NCBI RefSeq assembly: GCF_004010195.1
Contig: NC_057718.1
Coordinates: forward strand, 94,411,205-94,475,204
Length of the DNA stretch: 64,000 nucleotides
From: Chiloscyllium plagiosum
Lineage: Eukaryota
Reading direction: 5' to 3'
In this document: positions 35,290 through 45,908 of the stretch, in pieces
Layout of the letters: every line of letters starts with the position of its first letter
Numbering within the stretch: position 1 is the stretch's first letter
Made by a program: the position numbers and the translations under genes
The notes under the pieces: model-generated
What the model was told of the DNA's origin: nothing
Database searches by the model: none
The model's input: only the letters and a program-made list of their open reading frames with translations

Positions 35290-35637
35290 CCCTTTTTTTC
35301 AGGTGTATACACCTTTATTCATTTTGCACCACCAGGAAGAAAGGAAACACCAGAGTGGCCAGTGACAAGCAATGCCCTTCTCATCAAAGGGCAATGCTGC
35401 GTGATCAAAAAAGTGAAGGGGAGGGCTGGGATTAAATCAAAATAGAGTTGGAGGGGGAAATAAAGCACTCCACTCCCTGCAGTGCCCACCTCTCCGTGAA
35501 CTGCTCAAGGATGTGAGTAGACACCGGGGCTCAGATGTAGCCACAGAAGAGACAATCGGCTATATCGACCCCTCCATGGTCCGCTGCCTGGACCTGTTTA
35601 TGGCCAGTTTGGCCATGCCCAGGTTTAGCTAGTTTGT
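35290..35637 (-). mobile_element. L1/Tx1-like 3' fragment with 19-bp target-site duplication
   Basis: Minus strand LGMAKLAINRSRQR..., then AATAAA and an A-rich tail. taactggtattcctttttt is repeated at 35271-35289 and 35638-35656. Confidence 0.7.
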
Positions 35638-35934
35638 TAACTGGTATTCCTTTTTTATTGAGGACTGATTTCTAAACTGCCTGGTTTACCCAGTCAATGT
35701 GTTTCAGGTGTAATTCAGCCCTTATTAGGGTTGAAACTGTTGTTTCACTGGCTGGGTACAGCCTGTGTGTTATACTTTTCTCTTTTACTTTGAGAAAAGG
35801 ACTATGTTGATTTTGTGACAGGGCTTGTTCCTTGTGTTCTGGTTTTCTTTCTTTTGAATGTGTTCTCACTTTTTTTGGTGTTTGGACTGAGCCCTTGTGA
35901 GAAAATACATCTTTCCAATTGAGCTGTTCCTGTA

Positions 35935-36390
35935 TGGGTAGGCCTGGCCCTTTGTGGGTGACTAGACCTCTGTAAAGACTGAACATCTGTGTGTATGCTG
36001 GGAGGTAAGCAATTGCTGCATCCTGGAATGGACTCTGCATCCTGGAGCAGACCAAACTCCTGTGAGTTAACTGCACCTTTACAATGTACTGTGTTCCTGT
36101 GAGTGGGCCTGATCCTTTTGATGGACCAAGCCTCTGTGAAGACTGAACACCTGTGTGTGTGGCATTGACTCTGCCTTCAGTAGTGGACTCAGCCTTTGAG
36201 TGGACCAAACCCTTGTGAGTTAACTGCAGCTTCACAATGTACTGTGTACCTGAGAGTGGGCCTAGTTCTACCTGGAAGGATCAGACCGCTATGGAAACTG
36301 AACACCTGTGTGTGTGCTGGGAGGTGAGCACTTGCTACAGCCTGAAGTTCAAGCGTAGGCTCTGCCGTCAGGCATGGACTCTGTCTTTGT
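35935..36390. repeat. Imperfect ~160-bp tandem repeat (~2.8 units)
   Basis: Anchor actgaacaYctgtgtgt at 35978, 36142 and 36297. gagttaactgca and acaatgtactgtgt each recur. Confidence 0.8.
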
Positions 36391-36464
36391 ACTTGCAAAA
36401 GTATTGAGGATTTTGTGAATTCTGATACTGTATGTGGGTTTAGTAATTAATTGTGTTTGAGTGC

Positions 36465-37430
36465 AGGCCAGAGTGGGCTAGTCAGTATGTGGGGTGGCCA
36501 AGAGCTGGAGGGTCAATGACCAGTCTGTGGGAAAGCAGGCTGGGGTGGGAGAGGTGTCTGTTAGTACTAAGGATGGCTGGGGGCTAGGCAGCTGACAGTG
36601 TGCTTGTAGGAAAGCTGGTCAAGGAACGGTAGTCAGTACACGGGCTGGCTGGGGGCCGGAGGGTTGATGACCGGCCTGAAGGAAAGTCGGCTGGGAGGAG
36701 CCTGTCAGTATGCAGGGTGGGTGCGGCCAGGCAACTGAGAACATCCCCGCAGGAAAGCTGGTATGGGGCAGGCCGGTCAGTACGCAGGGAGGCTGAGCCA
36801 GGTGGCTGACGGCAGCCCAGAGGAAGGCCGACCGGGGGAGGACCGGTCAGTACGCAGGGAGGCTGGGAGCTGGACAGCCAATGGCCAGTCTATAGGAACA
36901 CTGGCCAGGAGAAAGGGTGAGTCAGTGGGACCGCCAGGTGCTGGAAGGCCGACAGCCCGACTGTAGGAAAGCAGGTTGGGGGTGGTTTGGTGAGTACACG
37001 GGGTGACCGGGAGCTGGTGGTTGACGTCCGTCCCAGCGGAAAGTGGGCTGGGGAGAGTCAGTCAATAGGCGAACATGAGGACTGCAGATGCTGGAGATTA
37101 GGTTCGAGTGTGTGGTGCAGGAATGAAGGGCTTTTGCCTGAAATGTCAATTTTCCTGCTCCTCGAATGCTGCCTGACCTGCTGTGTTTTTCCAGCATTAC
37201 ACTAGGGTCAGTCAATACACAGGCTGCCAAAGACCGGAAGGCCAACAACCAGCTTGTTGGCAAGTGGCCCAGGATAGTCCAGTCAGTATGCCAGGCTACT
37301 GGGGGCTGGGTGATCGATGTCTAGCCTGAAGGAAAACAGGCCTGGGAAGGGTCAGTCAGTGCGCAGGGCGGCCAGAGACTGGAAGGCTGAAGACTGTCCT
37401 GCAGGAAGGCTAGCCAAGGATGATCTGACC
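36465..37430. repeat. G-rich ~71-bp minisatellite (~12-13 degenerate units)
   Basis: Anchor tcagta-like at 36482, 36633, 36705, 36777, 36847, 36922, 36991, 37062, 37212, 37283 and 37356. Confidence 0.8.
37077..37203. mobile_element. Penelope-like inverted terminal fragment inserted in the minisatellite
   Basis: gaggactgcagatgctggaga... joined to gaagggcttttgcctgaaatgtc...ccagca. Confidence 0.75.
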
Positions 37431-37544
37431 AGGATGGGCTGACTCTGTGCCGTCTGGGTCACAGTCAGTGTATGGAAGAAAAAACAGAAGGTTCACTTGC
37501 AACTGTCCATAATATCATAAGAAAAAATAAAAAATAAATAAACA

Positions 37545-37665
37545 GGAGTATCACAGGTTCACTCTGACAGCTGGCTCTGAGGAAGTTGAACCAGTTTCAA
37601 GTACTATTCAGGTGTAAATACTGGCTAACTTGGTGACAGGATACTAGCCTCTGTGGAGTTATTTC
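37545..37665 (+). mobile_element. Probable Gypsy LTR 3' fragment
   Basis: Ends ...gcctctgtggagttatttCA. Recognised by resemblance only. Confidence 0.4.
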
Positions 37666-37770
37666 ATCACCCAATGGCAAACTGTTTCTCTAGCTCTTTC
37701 CTCATTTTGTTTCCTCCCCTTACTCTCCTCTTCTTTCTTGAAGAGACTAACATATTGCCAAGTTAGGTAA

Positions 37771-37988
37771 CAGGCAGTCTCCGGGTGGTGAACGGGTTCT
37801 GACGTGGAAGCTGTTCGCAAATTGATTTGTTTGTGAGTCGAAACACCATTCAGGACAATATACAACAGCTGATCAAAAGTACAGGAAATGTTCATATGTT
37901 GAGTCTTTAAAATTACACCCCTGTACAGGTTCACAATCTTAAGTATGAGCGCTTGTAAGTCAGACATTTGTAAATTGGGAACCCCCTA
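37771..37988. mobile_element. Degenerate Tigger-like MITE
   Basis: Left end caggcagtctccggg and right end gtaaattgggaaccccct are imperfect TIRs. Confidence 0.5.
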
Positions 37989-38067
37989 ATCACAGGCTTC
38001 AGCCCTCCTTCAGGTAGGGAACATTAGCAGAGAAATTTGTCAGCAACCAATTATGGATGGCATCATT

Positions 38068-38271
38068 GAGTCGAAAAGTGTGGTGCTGGAAAAGCACAGC
38101 AGCTCAGGCAGCATTCAATGAGCAGAAGAACCTGTTTCAGACATAAGCCCTTCACGTCTCTGCCCAAAACGCCAACTCTCCTGCTCCTCAGGTGCTGCCT
38201 AACCTGCTGTGCTTTTCCAGCACCACACTTTTCAACTCTGACTCTCCACCATCTGCAATCCTCACTTTCTC
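38068..38271. mobile_element. Fold-back pair of Penelope-like termini
   Basis: gagtcgaaaagtgtggtgctggaaaagcacagcag... pairs with ...ctgctgtgcttttccagcaccacacttttcaactc. Confidence 0.8.
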
Positions 38272-41200
38272 TTATGGATGGGATCCTTGCAAATCAAATC
38301 CTGTCCTCATCCTGCACTATTAGACATACTCTTTACAATACAATTCATTGGCTATCTATCAAGAATGGGAGATATAAACTAATGTTCATTTTTCTCTCAT
38401 CCCTCATTCAGGGTTGTTCACAAGTGTTTCGTTATGACTCACTTTGGAGGGCTGCACAACCTATTTTTCTATCCCACTCCTCTGCTGGTTAAAGTTTTAA
38501 AATTTTTAAAGTTTAACGTAGCTGATGATATGGTCAGTTTTACACTTCTCATGTTGTGCAGGTTTAGCATTAAGAACAAGTCAGCCAGCTTTTTGTCAAC
38601 CACAAATAACTGATTTAATTATCAAAAGCAAACTTCTTCAAAGATACAGAAGTCATATCTACCCTTCTTAAGAAAATCACATTTGAAAAGAAACAAAAAG
38701 AATGAAAAGCCCACAGTGTTAAATTTAAAATACTTTGGTCAGGTAGTATAGTATAAAAATGGATAAGTCGTAAATTGTCCCAAATGGTCTTCTGCTTCTG
38801 AAGTATTCTGCGCACACACACACGATGCTGGCACTGTGGTGTCTTCCTGGAAAAGTTGCAGCTGGCTAAATTCCTTTTGTTCCAGATGGTGGGGTAAATT
38901 CCATCAAATCCTCTCTTGGAATCCTCCATGACGAATAAACATGACATCTGGTCGCCTATCATCTCAGACACTTTGCTAAGAGGGTACGTGAAGAAACCGA
39001 GCGAGAACATTGGGTTGTTGGTCTTTAGAAGGTTCAATTTCTCTCCAAATTCAACAATGCAATAGATTTATCCCATTCACAAACTGAGCCATGTGACTTG
39101 GCCAAACCTGTCCAGTTCTCCAGACTCCATCCAACCTTCATACCTCTCGCAGATGCAACATCGTTGCTGTTGTACAGAGTGCCTTTTCCTTAATCTTTGT
39201 TTACGAGTTCAAAACAAATTCACATAGGTCTGCACAAGGTTTTAAAAAATCATTTGAGATCACATCCGTTCATGACAATTGTCACACCATGACTTTTGCC
39301 TCAGTCGAGATAAATTGACTCAGCACAAAACCAGGAACCCTACTTGTTACATTTGGTCTGTATTATCACATTACATCGTTATCTTCCACCAAGACTGAGC
39401 CAGTTTGCTTCAGTGGGAACACAATTTCATAAAATCAACCTAGTATTTTTTTTGTTTTTATTATTTTCATTTGTTGTTTGAAATCATGGCAAATACATGT
39501 AACAAACAGAAACAGATTAGGGAGACATAGATTTTTAAAAACAACTAACACATCACTGACAACCCTTTTGACACTTACATGTGAAAACATTTTAACTATC
39601 AATAATATTGACCGATATATAACAGATATGGCTCAGTTGTCCTGAATTACTGCCAGCAGTTTGTCAAGACAAGTTTATACCACTGTGGACTGCATTGCAG
39701 ACAGCTACGATGCAAAGCCAACATTTTAGAGTGCTCAAACTGCTGTGGCTCCTGATCCAAATTTTGGGGAATGCATGCTGATTTCCTTTCCCCTCTTTTC
39801 CTCCATAATAGCCCTGGTGAAATTACACACATGCAAATAATGGTGTTTACTTGGGAGGATGTTTGGCTCAATTTTCTTTATCCATATGCCCAGAGAGCAC
39901 AGATACTCAAAGTGCCAGGATGCTACGCATTCTGATGGCACTTCCCCAATATTGTGTTGCCCAAGGCTCCCTGAGAGTGGGTTCAAACAAGCTCAATGCA
40001 CATCAGGTGTAACACAGGGTAAAACTGAAGGGTCTAACTCAACTTGCTTTTGAATCATCCAACATTTGGCCAATTGACTTTAGGAGCTTGTGTCAATTCA
40101 CAAATGAAAATGGAACAAGCATCAAAGAGATGGCAAGAAGAAGTAACAGAAAAGAAAAGATATCATACATTTTATAAAACAGGTTTTAAATATGACAGTA
40201 CCACAGTAGTACGCTTGTGTAACACACTATTATAACATTTGCATTAAGTGCAAAAATTTAATACTGCTACTAATCTAATCAACATTTGTAAGTCAATTGA
40301 ATTAGTACAGTTCACAAGTATGCAATTAAACAACATAAATAAATCCTCCAGCTTTCCAAATATGTCTGTTGGAGTTTTAAAACTATTACTTAAAATAATC
40401 CAAGTCTGATACCATTGCAAATGTATGTAAGGTGGCTTCTAATGGGAAATATTCTGAAACCAATTGGTAGTGTGTAACAGTTCAGGGATATGAAGCAGTC
40501 AGGATCATGGACAGGGTATACCCAAATTTCTAAGAGGAACTACCAGCAGCCAGAGCTTTTACCAGCAGCGCAGAATTGTAATTGCACTCTATTACTGCAT
40601 AGTTTCATTGACTGCAAGATATTGGAAGGATTTAAAGCCTGAGAGAAATAATTAGAACTGAGTTATTATTTAACATTTTAAGTTACACGTTTTCTCTTTG
40701 GAAGAACATGGAACAGGAGTTTTGAGATTGTTGTATTATTAATAGGTTGAAATTGAAGAGAATGGCTCAGGAAAGTACAATGCAAATTATCAATTTGATG
40801 TGCTATGGATCCCAAACTGGTAAGAGCTTAGGATCTTTAAGTGTAAAATTCTAATCACAGCTCTTTAAGCACCATTTATAGACACAGTCAGATTCTGCAG
40901 TGTTATGGATTTGTTTATCTTGAATTTATGTTTTAAGTAATTGTCAATTGTTCAATTGTCATTGTTCTCCCCACAAACTCAGTAATTCCATTGCCTATTT
41001 AATTCCAACACCTGATTTAGCAGCATTGATAAATTTGATTAATTTCCCAGAACAAGTTTAATTTTAAGCTTCTGAAACCAACAGATTGAATTTCTTTGGG
41101 GGCTCCCTAATTGACCAAGACTTTGACAGAGATCTATAAAACCTGCCTTCTAAGAAATTAAGCCATGTCTCTGGTGTTTCTCTTCATTAACTACAAAAAT

Positions 41201-41689
41201 TACAATGGAAGAAAATAAGAGTATGGCCCAGGAAAGTACAAATGCAAATTATCAATTTGATATGCTTTGGATCCCAAACTGGTCCCTTGAGCACCCATAT
41301 TAGTACCACTTCCCAATTCTAACATTAACCTTTTGTGTTAGTCAATTGTTTTCGAAGGTAGCTTTGAGTCTTTCATGTAGAACTTTGGTTAGTGCAGATG
41401 CACAGTTTTGTGAAGATTTCAAAGGTCCATTTGAGATAGTCAAGGAGAAATAAAAAAACAATATTTGTTGAACATCTTTCACAATCAGTAGACATTGCAA
41501 ACTGCTTCACAGCCAATAAATTGCTTTTGAGACATAGTAACTGGGAAACATGGCAGCCATTTGCACACACCAGCTTCCACAAATGGCAATGTGACAATGA
41601 TTAGCCACTTGAGGGACGAGTATTGGTAGGATGCTGGGCAGTTATCTTTCTTTTCAAGGCATACAATCCTAGATCCAGAGCCAAGGAGT

Positions 41690-42690
41690 TACTACTGGCC
41701 TAGAAGGAGGACATTCAGTTCATCAAGTCCATGCTTGCTTTCTCTGGACAAAATCAATCTCCTTGCCTTGCTCTGTCTATACAGCCCTACATGATTATTT
41801 TCTTCAAGTATCAGTCCAAATTCCCTGTGAAAGAATTGGTAGTCGCTGTCTCCATTACCCTTGAAGGCAGCAAGTTCTACATCATTACTGCTTGGTGTAA
41901 ACTCTTCCTTTCATCTGCCACCTGCCATTCTTGTCCTAACGTTAAATCTGTGCTCTTAGTGCTATAGTATCTACTAATGAGAACTGTTTTATATTACATT
42001 ATTCACACGTCACTATCTTGTGTACCTGTATCAAATTTCCACTCCATCTGCTTTGCTCCAATGAGGACAACCCCAGTTTCTCCAACTGGTCTTATAGCTA
42101 AATTCTTTCATTGCTGCAGCCATTCTGATAAATCCCATTTGCATTCATTCAAGCACCCTGACATCTTTTCCAAATGTGTTGTCCAAAATTGGATGCAACT
42201 GCGATCTAACCATTACTTTACATGGTTCAGCATAACTCCCTTACTTCTGTACTCAGTACCTTTACTTATAAAGTGTAAGATTCTCATATCTTTTGCTAAC
42301 CAGTTTCTAATATGCCTTGCAACTTTACAAAAATCTAAAGGTCCCTCTTTCCCTTTAGAATGATGCTATCTCTTTTTCCTCTTTCTATCCATTCCTCCAA
42401 AATGCATCACCTCACATTTCTGTGCATTTAACAATAGTTGCCTCTTGTCTGCCCACTCAGCCAGCCTCTCGACATCCTGTTGCACTCATTTTGTATCATT
42501 CTCACTATCTGGCACTCTTCCAAGTTTGGGATCATTGGCAAATTTTGCTCTGCATTCCAATATTCAAGTTATTTTTATGTATCAATTAAAGCAGTGGTCC
42601 TACCACTGACCCTTCAGGAACACTGCTGTCTACCATCCTGCAATCTGCAAAATAACCATTCACCATGACTTGCTGCTTTCTATCTTTAGA
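41690..42690 (-). mobile_element. Old CR1/L2-like LINE RT fragment
   Basis: Minus strand SVPEGSVVGPLL-like and KFANDPKLG remnants (~42520-42630). Confidence 0.6.
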
Positions 42691-43397
42691 TAAAATCTAA
42701 GTTGTCAATGTTGATATTTATGAGATACAATTTTGATAACTAGTTTTTTTTATTGGATGTTCCTGAGAATAATAATATGAAATGTTTTACTTCCACTCCA
42801 GAGAGCACTCGAGGCCACGTTTTAAATGGACATTGCAGTAATATCACTGGACTAATAATCGAAAGGCCCAAGAAAATGCCATGAAGGTTCAAATCCTACC
42901 ATGACAGCTGATGGAAATCAAATTCAATTAATTGATGAAATTGAAATTGAAAGTTAGTCTCAGTAACAATGACCATAAAACTATTATCAATTGTTTTTAA
43001 AAACCCACTGATTTACCAACATCCTTCAGGGAAGGAAATCTGCTGTCATTACCTGGTCTGGCTGACATATAGCAATGTGGTTGAATCTTAATTGCCCTCC
43101 TGAAATTGTCTGACAAGGCACTAATTCAAGAACAATTAGGGGTGGGTAACAAACTAGTCCCATTATATGCATTAAATAATTTTAAAAGCATCTCCAAAAC
43201 AGTGTTTTCAAAACAGTGTCTCCAATAGCACAGTGTTCTATTAATATTGCTGTGAAGTGTCAGCCTTAATTATAATCTTTTGGAGTGACAGCTGAATTTC
43301 GAACTTGCTAGACTCAGAGGTGAAAGTACTATCAATTGACAACATGAAGAATGATCTTTGCTTTCCTTACTGTATATTTTGAGGAAGTAACTTTTAG

Positions 43398-43403
43398 TTT
43401 ATT
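43398..43403 (-). terminator. Candidate proximal CD93 polyadenylation signal AATAAA
   Basis: TTTATT on plus ~700 nt downstream of the stop, after an AU-rich tract. A more distal candidate exists at ~39457. Confidence 0.4.
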
Positions 43404-44102
43404 AATATCCAGCATATTTTAATTTCATACGCTCAGCAAAATGAATTTTAAACAAGTTTTACTTATCTTCATTCAAAAGGATTTGCTGGTTAGTTAAACA
43501 AAAAAAGATACATATTTAAATAATGGTGATTAGACAATACCTGTACTGTCCTAAGATTATTATAACCTGTTACCTGTATCAAAAAGACCTACCTTGTAAC
43601 ATGTTAAAGTTTTGGTCACAATTCGTACCAGTATATCAGAAAAACAGTGCATAGCTACAAATAATATTTTACAGTTGTGTTGACACTATTGATAGCTTTA
43701 GAAAGTAAATGTAAATTTTAACAAAGCCCAACTAAGTTTATGCAGGAAGAGAAAATGCTGGGAACACTTCCTTGAAAGGTTGCAGACCTGAAACATTAAC
43801 TCTGTTTTCTCACTCTTTTCCCCATTTCCATTGATTCTGCTGGACCTGCAAGTTTTGCAACTTTTTTTGGTGTTAGTTCAGACTTCCAGCATCTGCAGAC
43901 ATTTGCTTTTGTAAAGTTCATATCAGAATGAACGAAAATCGATTATTGCTGAAAGTCCTTTCATCAAAGAACAGACGTGCACATGGTATCTGGTTCTCAA
44001 ACAAAAACTTATTTTGTCATATGTGACCTAAAACAACTTCATTTTTTTTGTTGGATTTTGTCAATATCAAGGATTTTGAGGGAAAGTTCTGTTTATTCTG
44101 AT

Positions 44103-45908
44103 CTAGATTGTGTTCTGATCTGTCTCCATCTCAATGTAGTTATTGATGGAAGAGTTGGCAGACATGACTTTGTCTGCAGCTGTAAATGGTGGTGGTCCTG
44201 GGGCTTGGATCCAGCTGGAGAAATGCCTTCCATTATCGGCCTTGCCTTTTGCAGCCCTGTGGCGATGACACAGAATCACAGCCACTATGCAAAGGAGGAG
44301 CAGGCCAGCGGAGAGCGAACCCAGGACACAGGCCAGGAGCCAGCTTCTGTCCGCTTCGTTTCTCACTGGGTCAAGCGCACTGTCTGTGCCATGGAGCTCC
44401 CTGCCAGTTGGTGATGGGACTGGTGGCTGGCTCCCGGTGCTGAAAGTCGTGATGGTGCTACTCCTCGTGGTTCCTTCACCTGGTTGGATGTCTGCAGTGG
44501 TGCCCAAGTGGATCCCTAGAGCTGTTGGCATCGTGTCGTAGGTGGCACCCCAGCTGGCTCCGGTTTCCACGACCGCATTCCAGTCCGTAGCTGGGGCAGT
44601 CTGGGTGCTGACCACGTCTAGCGGGGTGCTGACTACATCCAGCGGGGTGCTGGCTACATCCAGCGGGGTGCTGACTACATCCAGCGGGGTGCTGGCTACA
44701 TCCAGCGGAGCGCAGGACACTCCATCGGCGCTCAGGACGTACCCAGGCCAGCAGAAGCACCGGAAGCTGCCCTGGGTGTTGGCACAAGGCCCCTGGCATG
44801 GCTGCCTGGCGCACTCATCCATGTCGATGCAGGCGTGCCCATTGGCCTCGTAGCCTGGCTGGCAATGGCACCGGTAGGAACCCGGCGTGTTCTGGCACCG
44901 GTGGGCACATGGTCGGGAGGAGCACTCGTCCACATCCTGGCAACTGCGCCCGTCCCCGCCCAGGGCGTAGCCGGCATCGCATGCGCACTGGAACCCTCCA
45001 GGGCGCGGGACGCACAGCTGCTCGCAGAGGTGGCCCAGGCAGGGATCCAGGGGCTGGCACGAGCGAAGGTCGTCCGCGAGCGCGTAACCGTCGCGGCAGC
45101 TGCACGTGGCGCTCCCGCCCAAACCATCGAGGCAGATCTGGGCGCAGCCGCCATTGCCCGCCTCGCAGGCGGAGAGCGGCGCGCAGAGCCCGGGCTCGGC
45201 TGGCGACCAGCCGTACGAGCCGGGGCTGGTCTCCTGGCACAGGGTGTAGCTGTCCGACCGCGAGCCCTGGCACGACACCGCCGCCAACGAGCCGAAGGGC
45301 ACCAGGGCCAGGGTGGCGCTCTCGGCGTCGAACGGAGTGGTGTAGGTGACCGAGCCGGGCCCGGCCAGCTCGATTGGCCGGCACATGCCTCGGAAGCTGA
45401 ACTTGCACAGGTAGCCGTCGACCCTGTGGTCGCTGCACACGCCGTCCGCCCAGGCGAAGCGAATCCCCGAGGCCCCGGGGCTGGAAGAGGAGGAGACGGC
45501 GAGGTAGACGCAGCGGTGCGCGGTGCATGTGCTGAGGGGCTCCCGGGCCCAGTTGGAGTAGGTGCTCTCCTCTCCCCCCGAGGTCCAGAGGAAGCCCCTC
45601 AGCGGCTTGTGCTGCTGGTAGCAGTGCCGGCGGGGCAGCTGGAGCCCCAGCCACAACCTGCGGCGGGCGCCCGGCGACCCGGCGAGGCTCGACTCCAGCA
45701 GGCGGTGGATGTGCCTCGCCTCCCCTTCGTCCTTGACCGTCGCCAGGTTCCCGCCGTTGGCCTTGCAGCTGTCCAGCGCCCGCCAGAAGGGCTTGGCGAC
45801 CATGTGCGCCGTGTAGCAGGCGTCGCTGGTGCAGAGGGTAGGGTGCGAGGACGCTGCGGCCCAGTGACCCCCCAGGGTGCCCAGCAAGAGTTGGTACAGC
45901 AGCAGCAT
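44103..45908 (-). CDS. CD93: CD93 (C1qR1) orthologue, 601 aa: signal peptide, CTLD, sushi-like domain, 4 EGF, mucin-like stalk, TM helix, cytoplasmic tail
   Basis: ATG at 45908 (gggAAGATG) opens MLLLYQLLLG. ACYTAH, NGGNLATVK, GGEESTYSNW, CKFSFRGMCRP and GPGSVTYTTPF are CD93-type rather than CD248- or CLEC14A-type. Tandem with THBD. Confidence 0.9.
   Translation of the reverse strand: MLLLYQLLLGTLGGHWAAASSHPTLCTSDACYTAHMVAKPFWRALDSCKANGGNLATVKDEGEARHIHRLLESSLAGSPGARRRLWLGLQLPRRHCYQQHKPLRGFLWTSGGEESTYSNWAREPLSTCTAHRCVYLAVSSSSSPGASGIRFAWADGVCSDHRVDGYLCKFSFRGMCRPIELAGPGSVTYTTPFDAESATLALVPFGSLAAVSCQGSRSDSYTLCQETSPGSYGWSPAEPGLCAPLSACEAGNGGCAQICLDGLGGSATCSCRDGYALADDLRSCQPLDPCLGHLCEQLCVPRPGGFQCACDAGYALGGDGRSCQDVDECSSRPCAHRCQNTPGSYRCHCQPGYEANGHACIDMDECARQPCQGPCANTQGSFRCFCWPGYVLSADGVSCAPLDVASTPLDVVSTPLDVASTPLDVVSTPLDVVSTQTAPATDWNAVVETGASWGATYDTMPTALGIHLGTTADIQPGEGTTRSSTITTFSTGSQPPVPSPTGRELHGTDSALDPVRNEADRSWLLACVLGSLSAGLLLLCIVAVILCHRHRAAKGKADNGRHFSSWIQAPGPPPFTAADKVMSANSSINNYIEMETDQNTI
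44604..44708 (-). repeat. Coding 21-bp tandem repeat x5 (PLDV[A/V]ST)
   Basis: ggtgctgRctacatccagcgg units, four nearly identical and one more diverged. Confidence 0.95.

Noticed and set aside
36465..37430. CRISPR-like array
   Set aside because: Eukaryotic context, whole units are degenerate copies with no unique spacers, and no cas genes.
38615..39037. 140-aa minus ORF and a lone TTCCTGGAA STAT site at 38844-38852
   Set aside because: Non-ATG start and no homology recognised. A single 9-mer is weak evidence.
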